Source: Bdellovibrionota bacterium
GTDB taxonomy: Bacteria; Bdellovibrionota_C; UBA2361; CALJRW01
DNA length: 64,000 nt
Direction of reading: 5' to 3'
NCBI GenBank assembly: GCA_041740355.1
Contig: JBGSMD010000009.1
Span: forward strand, 32,001 to 96,000
The notes below the pieces were generated by a model. That model searched no databases, was not told the DNA's origin, and saw nothing but the letters and a program-made list of their open reading frames with translations. Each line of letters begins with the position of its first letter. Position 1 is the stretch's first letter. The translations under genes and the position numbers were made by a program. This document shows, one piece after another, positions 49,497-60,600 of the stretch.

Positions 49497-49720
49497 CTCT
49501 TAGCTTTAGCTAAGAGTGTGTAACTGGGACTTGAACCAATATCACGGCAAGTCACAAGACGAACGAGCAAAGCGAGAGAGTCAGAGTGGAGCCACTCTCC
49601 CCTTTTGCAACGCCAGAGAAAATCTTTATGAACAGTATCATCTAGTGCGTCACAAAAGGGGAGAGTCGTGTAACTTGGACTTGAACCAATATCACGGCAA
49701 GTCACAAGACGAACGAGCAA
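49497..49720 (+). repeat. tRNA-linked composite repeat
   Basis: 53-bp direct repeat at 49518-49570 and 49668-49720; tRNA 3'-end copy at 49579-49598; palindrome at 49594-49666. Confidence 0.85.
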
Positions 49721-49765
49721 CGCAACTGGGATTTTAAACAATTAACTCTAAATGAATTAGCTAAG

Positions 49766-50512
49766 TTAAACTTTTTTGAGTGCCGTATCTTGCGTTTCTA
49801 TTAAGTACTCAAGACTATCTTGGCAATAAGTTTTAACATTAAGATCTAAATATTTAATCCATGTTGGATTAAAATCCCCTCGCATCCATGAATAGCAAGC
49901 AAGAGCGTATCCAAACATTTGCTCTGATAAATATCCGCTACTACTGTGTTGCCAGCCATTCTCATGTTGCTGGAAAGAAAATGTTGAATTAGCATTAAAA
50001 ATTCCCATTCCAAAAAAAACTTTTAATAAGTCTGTTAAATGCTCATGATCCGGTTCCTCTCTGGTTATTCTATTCTGACCGTGAAGATGCACATGACATA
50101 GTTCGTGTGAAATTGTTGCAATTGTTTTTATTAGATTACTTGTGTTTTTTTCATTTATCTCGATTTGATACATATTACTTTTCATTTTTTTTTGAAAAGT
50201 ACCACCAGGCGTATTATCCTTATGACTGATTTGTTTATGCAATGGATCAATTCCACTTAACAATGAAACTTCTATTTCCTTAGGATTGACTTTCATATAG
50301 CTACAAATAATCGTAACCATATCCTTTACTGACTCCAACGTATTAATTAGAGGTAACGGGAAAAACTCTTTTGTTGGAATGATTGTCTTAGCGAGCAATG
50401 GCTCACGGCCAAATTCCTCTAAAAACCATAATAAGCTATCTTCTATCCATACTTTGTCTTCAAGAGAAATGTGTAATTTTGGCTTAGATGAAAAAAATGT
50501 CATAAGTTTCAA
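49766..50512 (-). CDS. Hypothetical protein with an HExxH zincin-like motif
   Basis: ATISHELCHVHL, followed by HE.LTDL..VFFG.G and GYL. Confidence 0.65.
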   Translation of the reverse strand: MKLMTFFSSKPKLHISLEDKVWIEDSLLWFLEEFGREPLLAKTIIPTKEFFPLPLINTLESVKDMVTIICSYMKVNPKEIEVSLLSGIDPLHKQISHKDNTPGGTFQKKMKSNMYQIEINEKNTSNLIKTIATISHELCHVHLHGQNRITREEPDHEHLTDLLKVFFGMGIFNANSTFSFQQHENGWQHSSSGYLSEQMFGYALACYSWMRGDFNPTWIKYLDLNVKTYCQDSLEYLIETQDTALKKV

Positions 50513-50627
50513 TTAATAGGCATTATAAGTAAACATAATGATTCATTCCTTGTCTAGTGTTTAATTATGTGGGAACCTTACTCAAACTATTTTGCAATGC
50601 AGACACTGAACTGATGTCAAATTATCT

Positions 50628-51149
50628 ATGAAATACCTATTTGCTTTTTTTCTTCTTATCTTCACATCCTGCTCTTCTCAAAAAATTGAAAGTTTCCAAG
50701 ATAAAACTCCCAGATTAACCTTTGAGGATTTTTTTATAGGCAAAGTACAAGGTAGCGGAGTCTTCTTTGATCGTTTCTCTAATCTTCGCCGCAGCTTTGT
50801 TGTAGAGATGGAAGGTTCCGTAAACAGTGATATTTTAACTCTTAAAGAAGTTTTAAAATATGATGATGGTGAAATAGTAAATAGAACATACGAAGTTACT
50901 AAATACTCTGATAATTTTTACAAAGCCACGGCCGATGGTGTCGTTGGTTTTGCAGAAATTCATTCCTTCGGAAATGCTCTGCAATGGAAATACCTACTAA
51001 AGCAAAAGATAGGTAAATCTGAATGGACTCTAAGATTCGATGACTGGATGTATCTTCAGCCGACAGGCGTTATCTTAAATCGAGCAAAAGTTACTAAATT
51101 TGGCCTTAACGTCGGAGAAGTGTTCATGTCAATTAAACGTATTGAATAA
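50628..51149 (+). CDS. DUF3833-like lipoprotein
   Basis: TSC lipobox, FF.G...G.G.F.DR, L.E...YDDG, FDDWMY, NRA.V.KFG..VGE. Confidence 0.88.
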   Translation: MKYLFAFFLLIFTSCSSQKIESFQDKTPRLTFEDFFIGKVQGSGVFFDRFSNLRRSFVVEMEGSVNSDILTLKEVLKYDDGEIVNRTYEVTKYSDNFYKATADGVVGFAEIHSFGNALQWKYLLKQKIGKSEWTLRFDDWMYLQPTGVILNRAKVTKFGLNVGEVFMSIKRIE

Positions 51150-51258
51150 TGCTTAAATCACTCTATAATCAAACTAAACTTTTGACAGAAATAGTCTTAA
51201 TTCAGATTAGCTAAAAAAGACTTTCAGAGTTTTTTACCCTAAGTTTTTAAGTAAACTT

Positions 51259-51735
51259 ATGTTAACTAACGAACCTAATAAATTCAAACAAGAGAATTTT
51301 CCACCCATAATTGACTTCGAAGAAAGAGAGCATCTTCTACGAGAGGCGACAATTTATTTTGTTAATATCAAGTCAATCTTACAAGACTTAGATCACAGCA
51401 AAAATTACAAGAAAGAAACCCATGCTATTCAAAAAAAGAATCTAAGAAATACGCATATCAGATCACTTCGTAAACTTTTTACTGAATTTTCTGATTTTGA
51501 CTATATAATTAAAATCCAGGAAGGGAATATTCTCAATGCTCGTACTGAAATTTTATTTAAACAATTACATCGAGTAGTTCTGCATTTTGAAAAAATGCCA
51601 ACTCGTTATTTTAATTATCAAAAGGTTCTCCGTGAGCTATTAGATCCAATTTTAGAACATTTAAGGAATACAGGTACTCTCACTAGTGTGAACTTGAATG
51701 ACGTGGAATTACCTAAGCGAGAGGAAGAAACTTAG
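51259..51735 (+). CDS. Hypothetical protein
   Basis: 158-aa ORF ending at a bidirectional hairpin. Confidence 0.55.
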   Translation: MLTNEPNKFKQENFPPIIDFEEREHLLREATIYFVNIKSILQDLDHSKNYKKETHAIQKKNLRNTHIRSLRKLFTEFSDFDYIIKIQEGNILNARTEILFKQLHRVVLHFEKMPTRYFNYQKVLRELLDPILEHLRNTGTLTSVNLNDVELPKREEET

Positions 51736-51762
51736 CAGAGTGCTTTATTGCACTCTGCTAAG
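51731..51762. terminator. Hairpin between convergent genes
   Basis: CTTAGCAGAGTGC-tttatt-GCACTCTGCTAAG. Confidence 0.7.
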
Positions 51763-51776
51763 TTATGTTAATTAGC

Positions 51777-52541
51777 CTAGTTTTTTGACATTGTAATATT
51801 ACCTTGAGCAATTAATGTCTCACCGATGTACGCGTTAATCACACCAGAAAATCCAGTGTAATTTGCATTAAAAGTAAAATAAAACTCTAAGTTATATGGA
51901 GTTCCATTAACACCGTTTACTGTAAACTGAACATTGTATTGATCCGTCATAGTTACTAGAATTTCTCCATGTTCTGGATGTGTGAACCCAATTTGTCCAG
52001 GAAGTTCTAAACCAGCAGTAGAAAATGAAAATGTGTATGCATTTGAACCAACTGCGTTAGCAAATGTTTCATCAAAAACTAAATCTACATTTGAATTAAC
52101 ACCGACTTGGGTGACAACCATTGAAACTGTCCCTGAAATTGGGTCAAATGGTATAAAAGAAGCAGGTCCAGCATTATAAGCACCAGAATAATTTCCTGCT
52201 AACTGATTAAAAACTAACTCAGAAAGATTCCCTTGAGCACAGTCCGAAAGGCTAGCTAACGTTAGCTTCAATTCTTTTAAGATTGCTTTTAAACTTGCAA
52301 TTTTATCCTGATCTTTTGGCTTAAGTTTATTCTCTACAACAATTGAAGCTTTAACCTTCGCAATTGACTTTTGAAACTTTATCTTTCTTTTGCTAAATTT
52401 GATTAATTTATCAAAAAGATAAATATCCCCACCATTACGACATTCATAGCTACTACGTAGTGGAATAGTCTGGGCGGAAGCACTGCCGACGAAAGAAAGT
52501 AGTAAGATACTCAATAACAAAAACTTGGACATTAACTTCAT
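51777..52541 (-). CDS. Secreted hypothetical protein with a Cys-bracketed Lys-rich coiled coil
   Basis: Signal peptide (ASA-Q), YEC...Lys-rich helices...DC, then a beta-rich domain. AGGAG RBS. Confidence 0.7.
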   Translation of the reverse strand: MKLMSKFLLLSILLLSFVGSASAQTIPLRSSYECRNGGDIYLFDKLIKFSKRKIKFQKSIAKVKASIVVENKLKPKDQDKIASLKAILKELKLTLASLSDCAQGNLSELVFNQLAGNYSGAYNAGPASFIPFDPISGTVSMVVTQVGVNSNVDLVFDETFANAVGSNAYTFSFSTAGLELPGQIGFTHPEHGEILVTMTDQYNVQFTVNGVNGTPYNLEFYFTFNANYTGFSGVINAYIGETLIAQGNITMSKN

Positions 52542-52699
52542 AAAACTCCTAAAAAAAGAATTGCATGAAAATAGCTGTTTTTAGGTGAACTATCAATATA
52601 ATTCTTTAGTACAATCCACTGACTTCAAGTGGCTGAAAAATTGATATTTAATCGCAAAAAAGCTATTAACAGTCTAGTTTTTCTATTAATTCTAATCAT

Positions 52700-53809
52700 A
52701 TGGGCTTTTCTTGTGGTATTGTTGGACTTCCAAACGTTGGTAAATCAACCATCTTTAATGCTTTAACTTCGGCTAAGGCAGCCTCCGAAAACTTCCCTTT
52801 CTGTACAATTGAACCAAATACAGGGAAAGTTCCAGTCCCGGACGCTAGGCTACTAAAACTCTCTGAACTAGCTGGTTCCGCCAAGTTAATACCAACTCAA
52901 ATGACCTTTGTGGATATTGCTGGCTTAATTAAAGGTGCAGCCAAAGGAGAAGGACTGGGTAACCAGTTTCTAGGTCATATCCGTTCTGTTGATGCCATCA
53001 TGCAAGTTGTTCGTTGTTTTGATGATCCAAATATAGTTCACGTTGATGGAACTGTAGATCCCCTTCGCGATATCAGCACAATTGAAACTGAATTAATCTT
53101 ATCTGATTTAGAAGCACTGGAAAAACAAGTAATCCGAGTTGAAAAAAATGCTCGTGGTGGAGACAAGGATGCCAAAAGCAAAGCTGAAAAACTTAAAGAA
53201 CTAATTGAACATTTGAACCAAGGATTTTTAGCAAAAACATTTCCAGGAATCAATGAACCAGATTTAATTTCTGAAGTTGGAAACTTACTAACAAACAAAC
53301 CAGTGATGTATGTTGCTAATGTTCCTGAAAGCGAAGCAACAACTAAACCAAATCTTAGTGGCTCAACTCACCTAGATCGTTTAGCTGTTTATGCTACTGA
53401 ACGGAATGCTGAAGTAGTAGTTATTTCTGGGAAAGTTGAATCTGAAATTTCGGAACTTCCCCTTGAAGAGCGCGCTGATTATTTAGAAGCGCTAGGCTTA
53501 GAAAGTTCTGGTTTAGATCGGCTTACTGTTGCAGGCTATCATTTACTTAACTTGATTACCTTCTTCACGATTGGGCCAAAGGAAGCTCATGCTTGGACAA
53601 CAACGAAAAACTCTACTGCCCCACAAGCCGCTGGTAAAATTCACTCTGACTTTGAGAAAGGATTTATTCGAGCAGAAGTTATCTCCTACGAAGACTATAT
53701 CTTTGCAGGTTCGGAATTAAAAGTTAAAGAGAATGGCAAGCTTCGCGTTGAAGGTAAGGAATATCTTGTGCAAGATGGCGACATCGTACATTTCAGATTT
53801 AATAACTAA
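52700..53809 (+). CDS. ychF: Ribosome-binding ATPase YchF
   Basis: GIVGLPNVGKST, PFCTIEPN, VDIAGL, GEGLGNQFL, IHSDF.KGFIRAE, EGKEY.VQDGD. Confidence 0.98.
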   Translation: MGFSCGIVGLPNVGKSTIFNALTSAKAASENFPFCTIEPNTGKVPVPDARLLKLSELAGSAKLIPTQMTFVDIAGLIKGAAKGEGLGNQFLGHIRSVDAIMQVVRCFDDPNIVHVDGTVDPLRDISTIETELILSDLEALEKQVIRVEKNARGGDKDAKSKAEKLKELIEHLNQGFLAKTFPGINEPDLISEVGNLLTNKPVMYVANVPESEATTKPNLSGSTHLDRLAVYATERNAEVVVISGKVESEISELPLEERADYLEALGLESSGLDRLTVAGYHLLNLITFFTIGPKEAHAWTTTKNSTAPQAAGKIHSDFEKGFIRAEVISYEDYIFAGSELKVKENGKLRVEGKEYLVQDGDIVHFRFNN

Positions 53810-54259
53810 AAGAATTGCCCTTGTTCGCTTCGGTACTAATATTACTTACTAAGGCTTTGCTTAAATGAACTAATAGCAAGGACTAGCTTGGATGATCACT
53901 CTTCCATTTAGCTAATGAGTTTACTTACAAAGCATAATTAATGGGACACTCGGTTCATTGCTTTAATAAAAAAAACTTTGCAATTATTGATCTTATCAAA
54001 TGTTTATTTCTCTAATTTTAGGGCATTTTGATTGGCAATTTGGTACTTATTTCAACTTTTTTGATGAAAATCATGTTTTTGGACAAGTCTATTAAATAAA
54101 TATAAAATAAATAATTTGCTAATCCACTCATTTATAGTGGCCTAACATGTTAATTTTATTTAATAAATTATTATTCCTTACTGATTAAAACTAACATTAA
54201 ACTAATTTGAAGAAATTACCGATAGCCTAAAGACCTTAAATTATTTTATAATTTGATTT

Positions 54260-54841
54260 ATGACTAAAAAAAAGCAAGCACTCAATAATAAATTAATCAT
54301 CGCATCTGTATCAACGATCATTGCGTTTATGACTTTTTTCATAACAAAACAAGGGATTGAGAATACGATACTTGGCGCATTCACCTTTAATTACGGTGAT
54401 TTTACCTTTATTTTTCCAACAGCTGCTCTAACCTCAGTTCTTGCATCACTCTTTGTCTACATGACACTCAAGAGTTTTTTATATGGTTTTACGAAGACTC
54501 AGCTAACGAATGGTACTACCCTAATTCCTAAAGATCTACAAATTGTCTGTCTTACTGTAATTACGGCATATGCCGCTTTTAATATAGATAATGAGTTAAT
54601 GAACCTCTCGGAAAACGGAGTAATCAATTTACCTGTTACTCATGACTTTGTTATTTTTATTCCAACAGTATTAGTTACAACTGTAGTTCTTACTTGGGTA
54701 GTGTTTACAATCTTGATGAATTTTTTATCAACAGTTTCTCAAGAAGCTGGTCGAAGACAAAGCGAAGCGCTACAGAGACTTGCCTCCCACAGCACTGCGA
54801 TCACTTCCGAGCCTAAAGCACAGAAAACAGAAGAAGCCTAA
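54260..54841 (+). CDS. Four-TM hypothetical protein with an internal two-fold repeat
   Basis: DFTFIFPT.ALT.V..and DFVIFIPT.LVT.V.. halves. Terminator downstream. Confidence 0.65.
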   Translation: MTKKKQALNNKLIIASVSTIIAFMTFFITKQGIENTILGAFTFNYGDFTFIFPTAALTSVLASLFVYMTLKSFLYGFTKTQLTNGTTLIPKDLQIVCLTVITAYAAFNIDNELMNLSENGVINLPVTHDFVIFIPTVLVTTVVLTWVVFTILMNFLSTVSQEAGRRQSEALQRLASHSTAITSEPKAQKTEEA

Positions 54842-54868
54842 AGCCTCTTAGTTTTTTGTTAAGAAACT

Positions 54869-54919
54869 AAATAAAGCCCCGTAGTAATTTTCGAAAGAAA
54901 CATACTACGGGGCTTTATT
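54869..54919. terminator. Intrinsic terminator hairpin
   Basis: AATAAAGCCCCGTAGTA...TACTACGGGGCTTTATT. Confidence 0.75.
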
Positions 54920-55087
54920 GTATCTAACGAGGTTGACCTAAACACAAATTTATCCTATAAAATTGCTTCCTGATTGTTATTGTCTGGGGCTGAAAATAAT
55001 CTTATTGGCTAGGACATAACACTTTGGAATCCCAAGGTAATTGGAATTTAAACTCTTAATTAATTTGTTTATATTCTAATTACCTTT

Positions 55088-55160
<73 letters not shown>

Positions 55161-55259
55161 ATTCCCTTTTCAGTGAATTACCCCAAAATTATATTCTTAT
55201 TCAACGACCCACTGGTTAGTGGTTGTTTGTTGATTCCTTCCGTTCCACTTCAGGAATGT

Positions 55260-55292
55260 GTGGGTCGTAGGTTCGAATCCTACACGGCTCAA
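55260..55292 (+). repeat. Exact 33-bp copy of the tRNA-Lys 3' end (att-like)
   Basis: Identical to 55129-55161. Confidence 0.9.
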
Positions 55293-55406
55293 ACTTTTCC
55301 AAAAGATCTCGCGTAGCGAGAAAAGACACTAAAAGTTTGTCGCGCCATAGCACGCAGTGCGACGGCGGACTGCTTTAATTTCAATCAACTCCTATTCCAA
55401 ACGTTT

Positions 55407-55481
55407 TCATTTAACAAGAAATAACACGGAAAATATTAATTCCATGGCAGAGAATCCCACGGTCGATCTTTCACCAATAAT
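55407..55481 (-). pseudogene. Possible prepilin N-terminal remnant
   Basis: Reads IIGERSTVG|FSAMELIFSVLFLVK*, bounded by stop codons. Confidence 0.3.
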
Positions 55482-55554
55482 TCAATAATTTTTTCTATAT
55501 TATTAGTCTTAACTAGGATATATACTTATCTTATAATTTTATGGTTTAAAATAT

Positions 55555-56652
55555 ATGATTAAATTTATTTCGATTCTTATTTTGACCTCCATCATCTTAA
55601 CTTTTTCGTCTTTTGCTGAAGAAACAAAGATCCGGATTGGAGCAACCCTCCCACTTACCGGGGACCTAGCAACATATGGAAATTTAATAAAGAATGGGAT
55701 TGAGTTAGCTAAGTCTGATTTAAAATCAGAAGGAATTGATATTAATCTGTACTTTGAAGACATTCCTGTATCTGGCAATGAAGTACTTGCTGGTTTAAAG
55801 AAGTTAATTAGCCTCGATCAAGTTCATGGAATTGCTGGAAATTTTTCAAACATTGCTATGGCAAGCATGTCTAGTATTATTGATAAAAATCAAATACCAA
55901 CGTTTCATACTGCTGCTGCTGCTGATCCATTAATACTAGATGGAAGTAATTATATTATAACTACTAATATCGCCATCAAAGATGAGGCTGAAGAAATGGC
56001 TTTAAGAATGTTTAATGATTACAATATTAAGAAGCTTGCGGTAATTTATGTTGAAAGTAATTTTGGAGAGGCTTACCGCGATTTTTTTAAAAGTAAATTC
56101 ATAGAGATAGGAGGTAGTATTGTCTCCGAACAAAGTTTAGCATTATCTGATACTGAGTTTAAAATGCAAATAACCAAGACCTTGTCCAAAAACCCTGAAG
56201 CGATATATTTTGGGTGTTTCGGTCGATTTTTAGGGCATGCAATGAAACAAGCAAGGAGTTTGGGTTCAAGAATTCCTTTTTTCTCGGTGTATGAAAGTGA
56301 AGATAGTTCAGTACTTGAATCTGGAGGTGTCGCAGCGGAAGGACTGAAATATTTAGTAACAACAGCCGTTTCAGGAACAGATAAACAAATTAAATTTCGA
56401 GAACGATATTTTAAAAAGTATAATCTTGAACCTGGAACCTTTGGTTCAAATGCCTATGACTCCACCATTCTGCTAGCTAGATCTTTGCATATCTGTCAAT
56501 TGGATTCTAAGTGTACAATTGAGAAGATATATAAAACTAGGGATTTTTCAGGCGTTAGTGGTGAATTTTCTATCAAATCTAACGGAGCTAGCACGAAAAA
56601 GTTTTTTATGAGAACAGTAAAAAACGGAAAGTTTGTTGATGTTAATCTTTAA
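55555..56652 (+). CDS. LivJ/LivK-type ABC substrate-binding protein (orphan)
   Basis: IG..LPLTG..A.YG....G..LA, DT.F..QI.K, NAYD, F.GVSG. No permease genes nearby. Confidence 0.88.
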   Translation: MIKFISILILTSIILTFSSFAEETKIRIGATLPLTGDLATYGNLIKNGIELAKSDLKSEGIDINLYFEDIPVSGNEVLAGLKKLISLDQVHGIAGNFSNIAMASMSSIIDKNQIPTFHTAAAADPLILDGSNYIITTNIAIKDEAEEMALRMFNDYNIKKLAVIYVESNFGEAYRDFFKSKFIEIGGSIVSEQSLALSDTEFKMQITKTLSKNPEAIYFGCFGRFLGHAMKQARSLGSRIPFFSVYESEDSSVLESGGVAAEGLKYLVTTAVSGTDKQIKFRERYFKKYNLEPGTFGSNAYDSTILLARSLHICQLDSKCTIEKIYKTRDFSGVSGEFSIKSNGASTKKFFMRTVKNGKFVDVNL

Positions 56653-56735
56653 ATATTTTCTTTAGTTAATATCTTATATATCGTTTAATATCGAGACTGC
56701 ACCTTCGAAAATAATAAACTAGTGCGTGTATCTTT

Positions 56736-57452
56736 TTAATTACTACACTTCGCCTTATCATAAGCTGGTAGTTTCACAAGAAAGCCTTTTTCGGCAGGCA
56801 CTAATGGCAAAGAGCCTAAACTTTGGACTAGGTCTTTTAAATTAGTTGATTTTTTAGGATTAGCAATTGGCTTAACAAGCGCCGGTAGATCTTCTACAAG
56901 TAATGGATTGTAATAACTAATACTAGTACCAAGATCTAAGACTGAAGCAAAATAAATCTTATCTTCAGGATAACTATTTTTATCTAAATAATCAGGATTA
57001 GCAGATATTGCCTTCCCTGTTTTCGGATCGTTTTTAAATTGGTAACGTGCAAAAATTTCGGGAAAATTAGCTCCAACCTTACTAGCACAAGAATTTTTAC
57101 CGTCCGAATCTGAGCAAATAAACAAGGCAACAGGACCTTTCGGTAAGCTAGCTAAATCAAAATCGAAGATTGAACTACTGCTTTTGGGATCAGCAGAATC
57201 TAGTAAAGTTTTAGTTATAACCTTATTTTCATTTAAAGCTTCTAAAGTTACAATCACTTTAGCAAGCTGACCCTTGGAGACGCGCTCTTCAGACTCATAC
57301 TTAATGGCATCAAGGTCGCCAAATACACAGCGTTCTTCACGATCAATCTTAATAGTGAGTTGGCTATCTTTAATATCTAAGGACTTAGCTTCTGCCAATA
57401 ATTCAGGTCCAATAATTAAGAGGAAAGCTAATAAACTAATAATAAATTTCAT
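56736..57452 (-). CDS. Secreted hypothetical protein with four Cys, downstream of the Hint-domain genes
   Basis: Signal peptide; RCVFGDLD, LFICSDS.GK.SC, C-terminal KC. Confidence 0.7.
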   Translation of the reverse strand: MKFIISLLAFLLIIGPELLAEAKSLDIKDSQLTIKIDREERCVFGDLDAIKYESEERVSKGQLAKVIVTLEALNENKVITKTLLDSADPKSSSSIFDFDLASLPKGPVALFICSDSDGKNSCASKVGANFPEIFARYQFKNDPKTGKAISANPDYLDKNSYPEDKIYFASVLDLGTSISYYNPLLVEDLPALVKPIANPKKSTNLKDLVQSLGSLPLVPAEKGFLVKLPAYDKAKCSN

Positions 57453-57579
57453 GATGATTGCTCCACGCTGAATTGGTAAATGTCACTAAAAAGTAATTTG
57501 TAAATTACAAATTTTGATTAACTAATTATCTGTGAATTAATAAAAAACTGGACTGCGTCCATACTACTGATGTTGTGGA

Positions 57580-57607
57580 TGCCTCAAAGGTTTTACCCCT
57601 TGAGGCA
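57580..57607 (-). terminator. Hairpin just after the Cys-rich Hint gene
   Basis: TGCCTCAAAGG...CCCTTGAGGCA, with no strong U-tract. Confidence 0.5.
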
Positions 57608-57608
57608 C

Positions 57609-60600
57609 TTAATCACTTTTGATTTGATCAAATTCTGTTTGAAGAACTAAATCACCAGTATAAATACCTTCGGAAACTAACAAATGATTATCCACCTCTG
57701 AAACTGAAATCTCAGATAGGGTAAAGTTAATCACATTTTGACCTACAACAACAGGTAATAATTCCTGTGAACTAACAGCAATCCAAGTTCCATCAGCTTT
57801 TTTAACTTCATCGCCTGGCTTAACTTCGATCGCACGTTTTAAGCCTGCTTTAGTTAAGACAACGTGTTTCTGACTGATCTTAATTTTTTCCACACCATAA
57901 GTTAACTGAACCAAGGCTTCTGTTTCAGGTCCTTCTACTACTTTTAATACCTCTAATTTTTGACCTGGGGCTCCAAGTAAATAATCACCAACTTTAACAT
58001 TTTCAACAAGTACTTCTTGATTGTTAGCTAAAGTTACTTTTGTCCCTGGAGGGAAACATCCATCAGATCCCCGATTACAAGCACATGTCCAGCAGGCATT
58101 CGGATCGGCTGACAGTTTAGTACCTGTGTAATCAGTCTGACCACCATTAGCATCAGTTACAATAACATTACCATTAACGTCGACTCGGGTTACCCCTTGG
58201 TTAAGATTTGTATTGTTATAGAACAGATCAGCAATACCCTTATAGTTAGTAAAGTTAAATGCTGAATCAACCCCGTCACCCTTCACACAAACTATTTTTT
58301 TAGGATCACAATAATCATTATAACGATATCGACCTCGATCTACTTGAGTAGGAACAGGAACATTATCACAAACGTTAACAACATCACATGTAGAAGAACA
58401 TCCTGAGCCAGCTACACCATTATTAACTCCAAGGTCACATTTCTCTCCAAGTTCAGAACTTACAATACCATCTCCACAATATTTCGTGATCTCACATTCT
58501 GTATTACAAATTTGCTTCGTTGGACTTGCTTGAGATCCAGGAATTAAATCAAAATCAGTTCCATCGCAAAGTTCATTCTCATCCCTTATTCCATCACCAC
58601 AATAAGGTACCTCTTCACATGTTACTGAACATCGAGAATTTGGTGTGCCATTACTTGCACCAAGATCACATTTTTCCCCTAGTTCCGGACTCAAGATACC
58701 ATCTCCACAATATGGATTAATGGTACATTCATTATTACAAACTTGATTTGTCAGACTTATCTGTACTCCTTGATCTAAATAAAAGTCATCTCCATCACAA
58801 AGCTCACCTTCGTTACGAAATCCATCTCCACAGTATGGAGGAAATTCAACTCGGCAAAATTCATTACAGGTTACCTTAGTAGGATCTACATTTAATGGGA
58901 AGTTAAGATCATCAGCGAAATCGCTGCCATCACATTCCTCATAAACTGGACAGCCAATAGCCTGACATGTTGGTTGATCTTTAGGTATGCCATTTACAAT
59001 TCCATCTCCGCAGTATGGAGTCATTTCACAGTTCAGTGAACATCTAGAACCTAGTGTCCCATTTTTTACACCAAGGTCACATAGTTCTCCAAGTTCTGGA
59101 CTGAAAATTCCGTCTCCACAATATAAGTTTACTTCACAAATGGAATTACATAATTGATCGGTAGTACTAACTTGAAGACCTTCAGCTAAATCAAAGTCAT
59201 CACCATCACAAAGCTCGCCTTCACTCCGAATACCATCTCCACAATATGGCTCATCTTCACAGGTTAAGGAACATCTAGAACCAGGAGCACCGTTATTTTC
59301 TCCAAGATCACATTTTTCCCCTAATTCAAGATTTAGAATACCATCGCCACAATATGGATTAATCCTACATTCTTCATTACAGACTTGATTGGCCAGACTG
59401 CTTTGAACTCCCGGATCTAAATTAAAGTCATCTCCATCACAAAGTTCCCCTTCATTTCGAATATCATCACCACAATATGGTGGAAATTCTACTCGACAAT
59501 AATCATTACAAGTTACTTTAGTGCGGTCAACATTTAATGGGTAATTAATATCATCCGAAAAATCATTGCCATCACATTCTTCATAAACTGGACACCCAAT
59601 TGCCTGGCAGGTCAGATCATCTTTAGAAACTCCATTAACAATTCCATCACCACAATACGGCTTAACTGTTACTTCACAGCTAGCGGAACAGGTTAGATTA
59701 TTAAGCGGAATGTTATTAGGATTAGCATAGCCACTGAAATCATTTCCATCACAAATTTCACCAGCAGTTACGACTCCATCACCACAATAATCCTCTACAA
59801 TGACAGTACAATCATCCCTACATGTTAAGGCATCCTGAGGGATATCCGCTTTATCAGGATTAAGTTCAAAGTAAACTGAAAAATCTTCACCATCGCATTC
59901 TTCGGTATCTGTGCAATAGCCCCAATCTTCTTCGAAGTTATCAACACAAAATGCTCGCTTCGCTTCTCCATCCCCACAATAAGGTCGGACATGAACATTA
60001 CAACTTCCTGTACAAATTAAATTTGCTAGGGGAATATTATTTGGATTGGCATAATTACCAAAATTTGTACCTTCGCAGATTTCATTGTCTGCTAATTGTC
60101 CATCTCCACAATATGGATCAATCTGACATTCGTTGGAACATTTTGCATTAGGATGAGTTACTCCACCAAGATCTGTTAAATCACATTCTTCAACTCCTGC
60201 CTGAATTTCACCATCACCACAATAGGTACATTTAAATCCATTTGCTCGGCAGTTTGGAACATAACTTGCTTGACCAACTTTAATTCCATAATCACAATTC
60301 TCATTGTTAGTTTCATCTAAAAATCCATCGCCACAAACAACTACTTTGCAATTGTTGCGACATGTCTTGCCAGCTGGAGTGTCAGTTCCATCACATTCTT
60401 CTAAGGGATTATTAACATCGTTATCTCCGCACTTAGTGCAATCCTCTCGACATCCAGTTTTAGTTTGAGGATCATTATAATCACAAGTTTCGCCTTTTGG
60501 TAAATCTATTTCTTGTGTCCAAACTCCATCACCGCAATAAGGAAGTCGGCAATCGGCACGGCAATTATCCGTTAAGATCTTATTGCCATCATCACATTCT

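Noticed and set aside
49478-49741. ORFs 49478-49741(-) and 49516-49737(+)
   Set aside because: They are translations of the tRNA-linked repeat, and one overlaps the tRNA.
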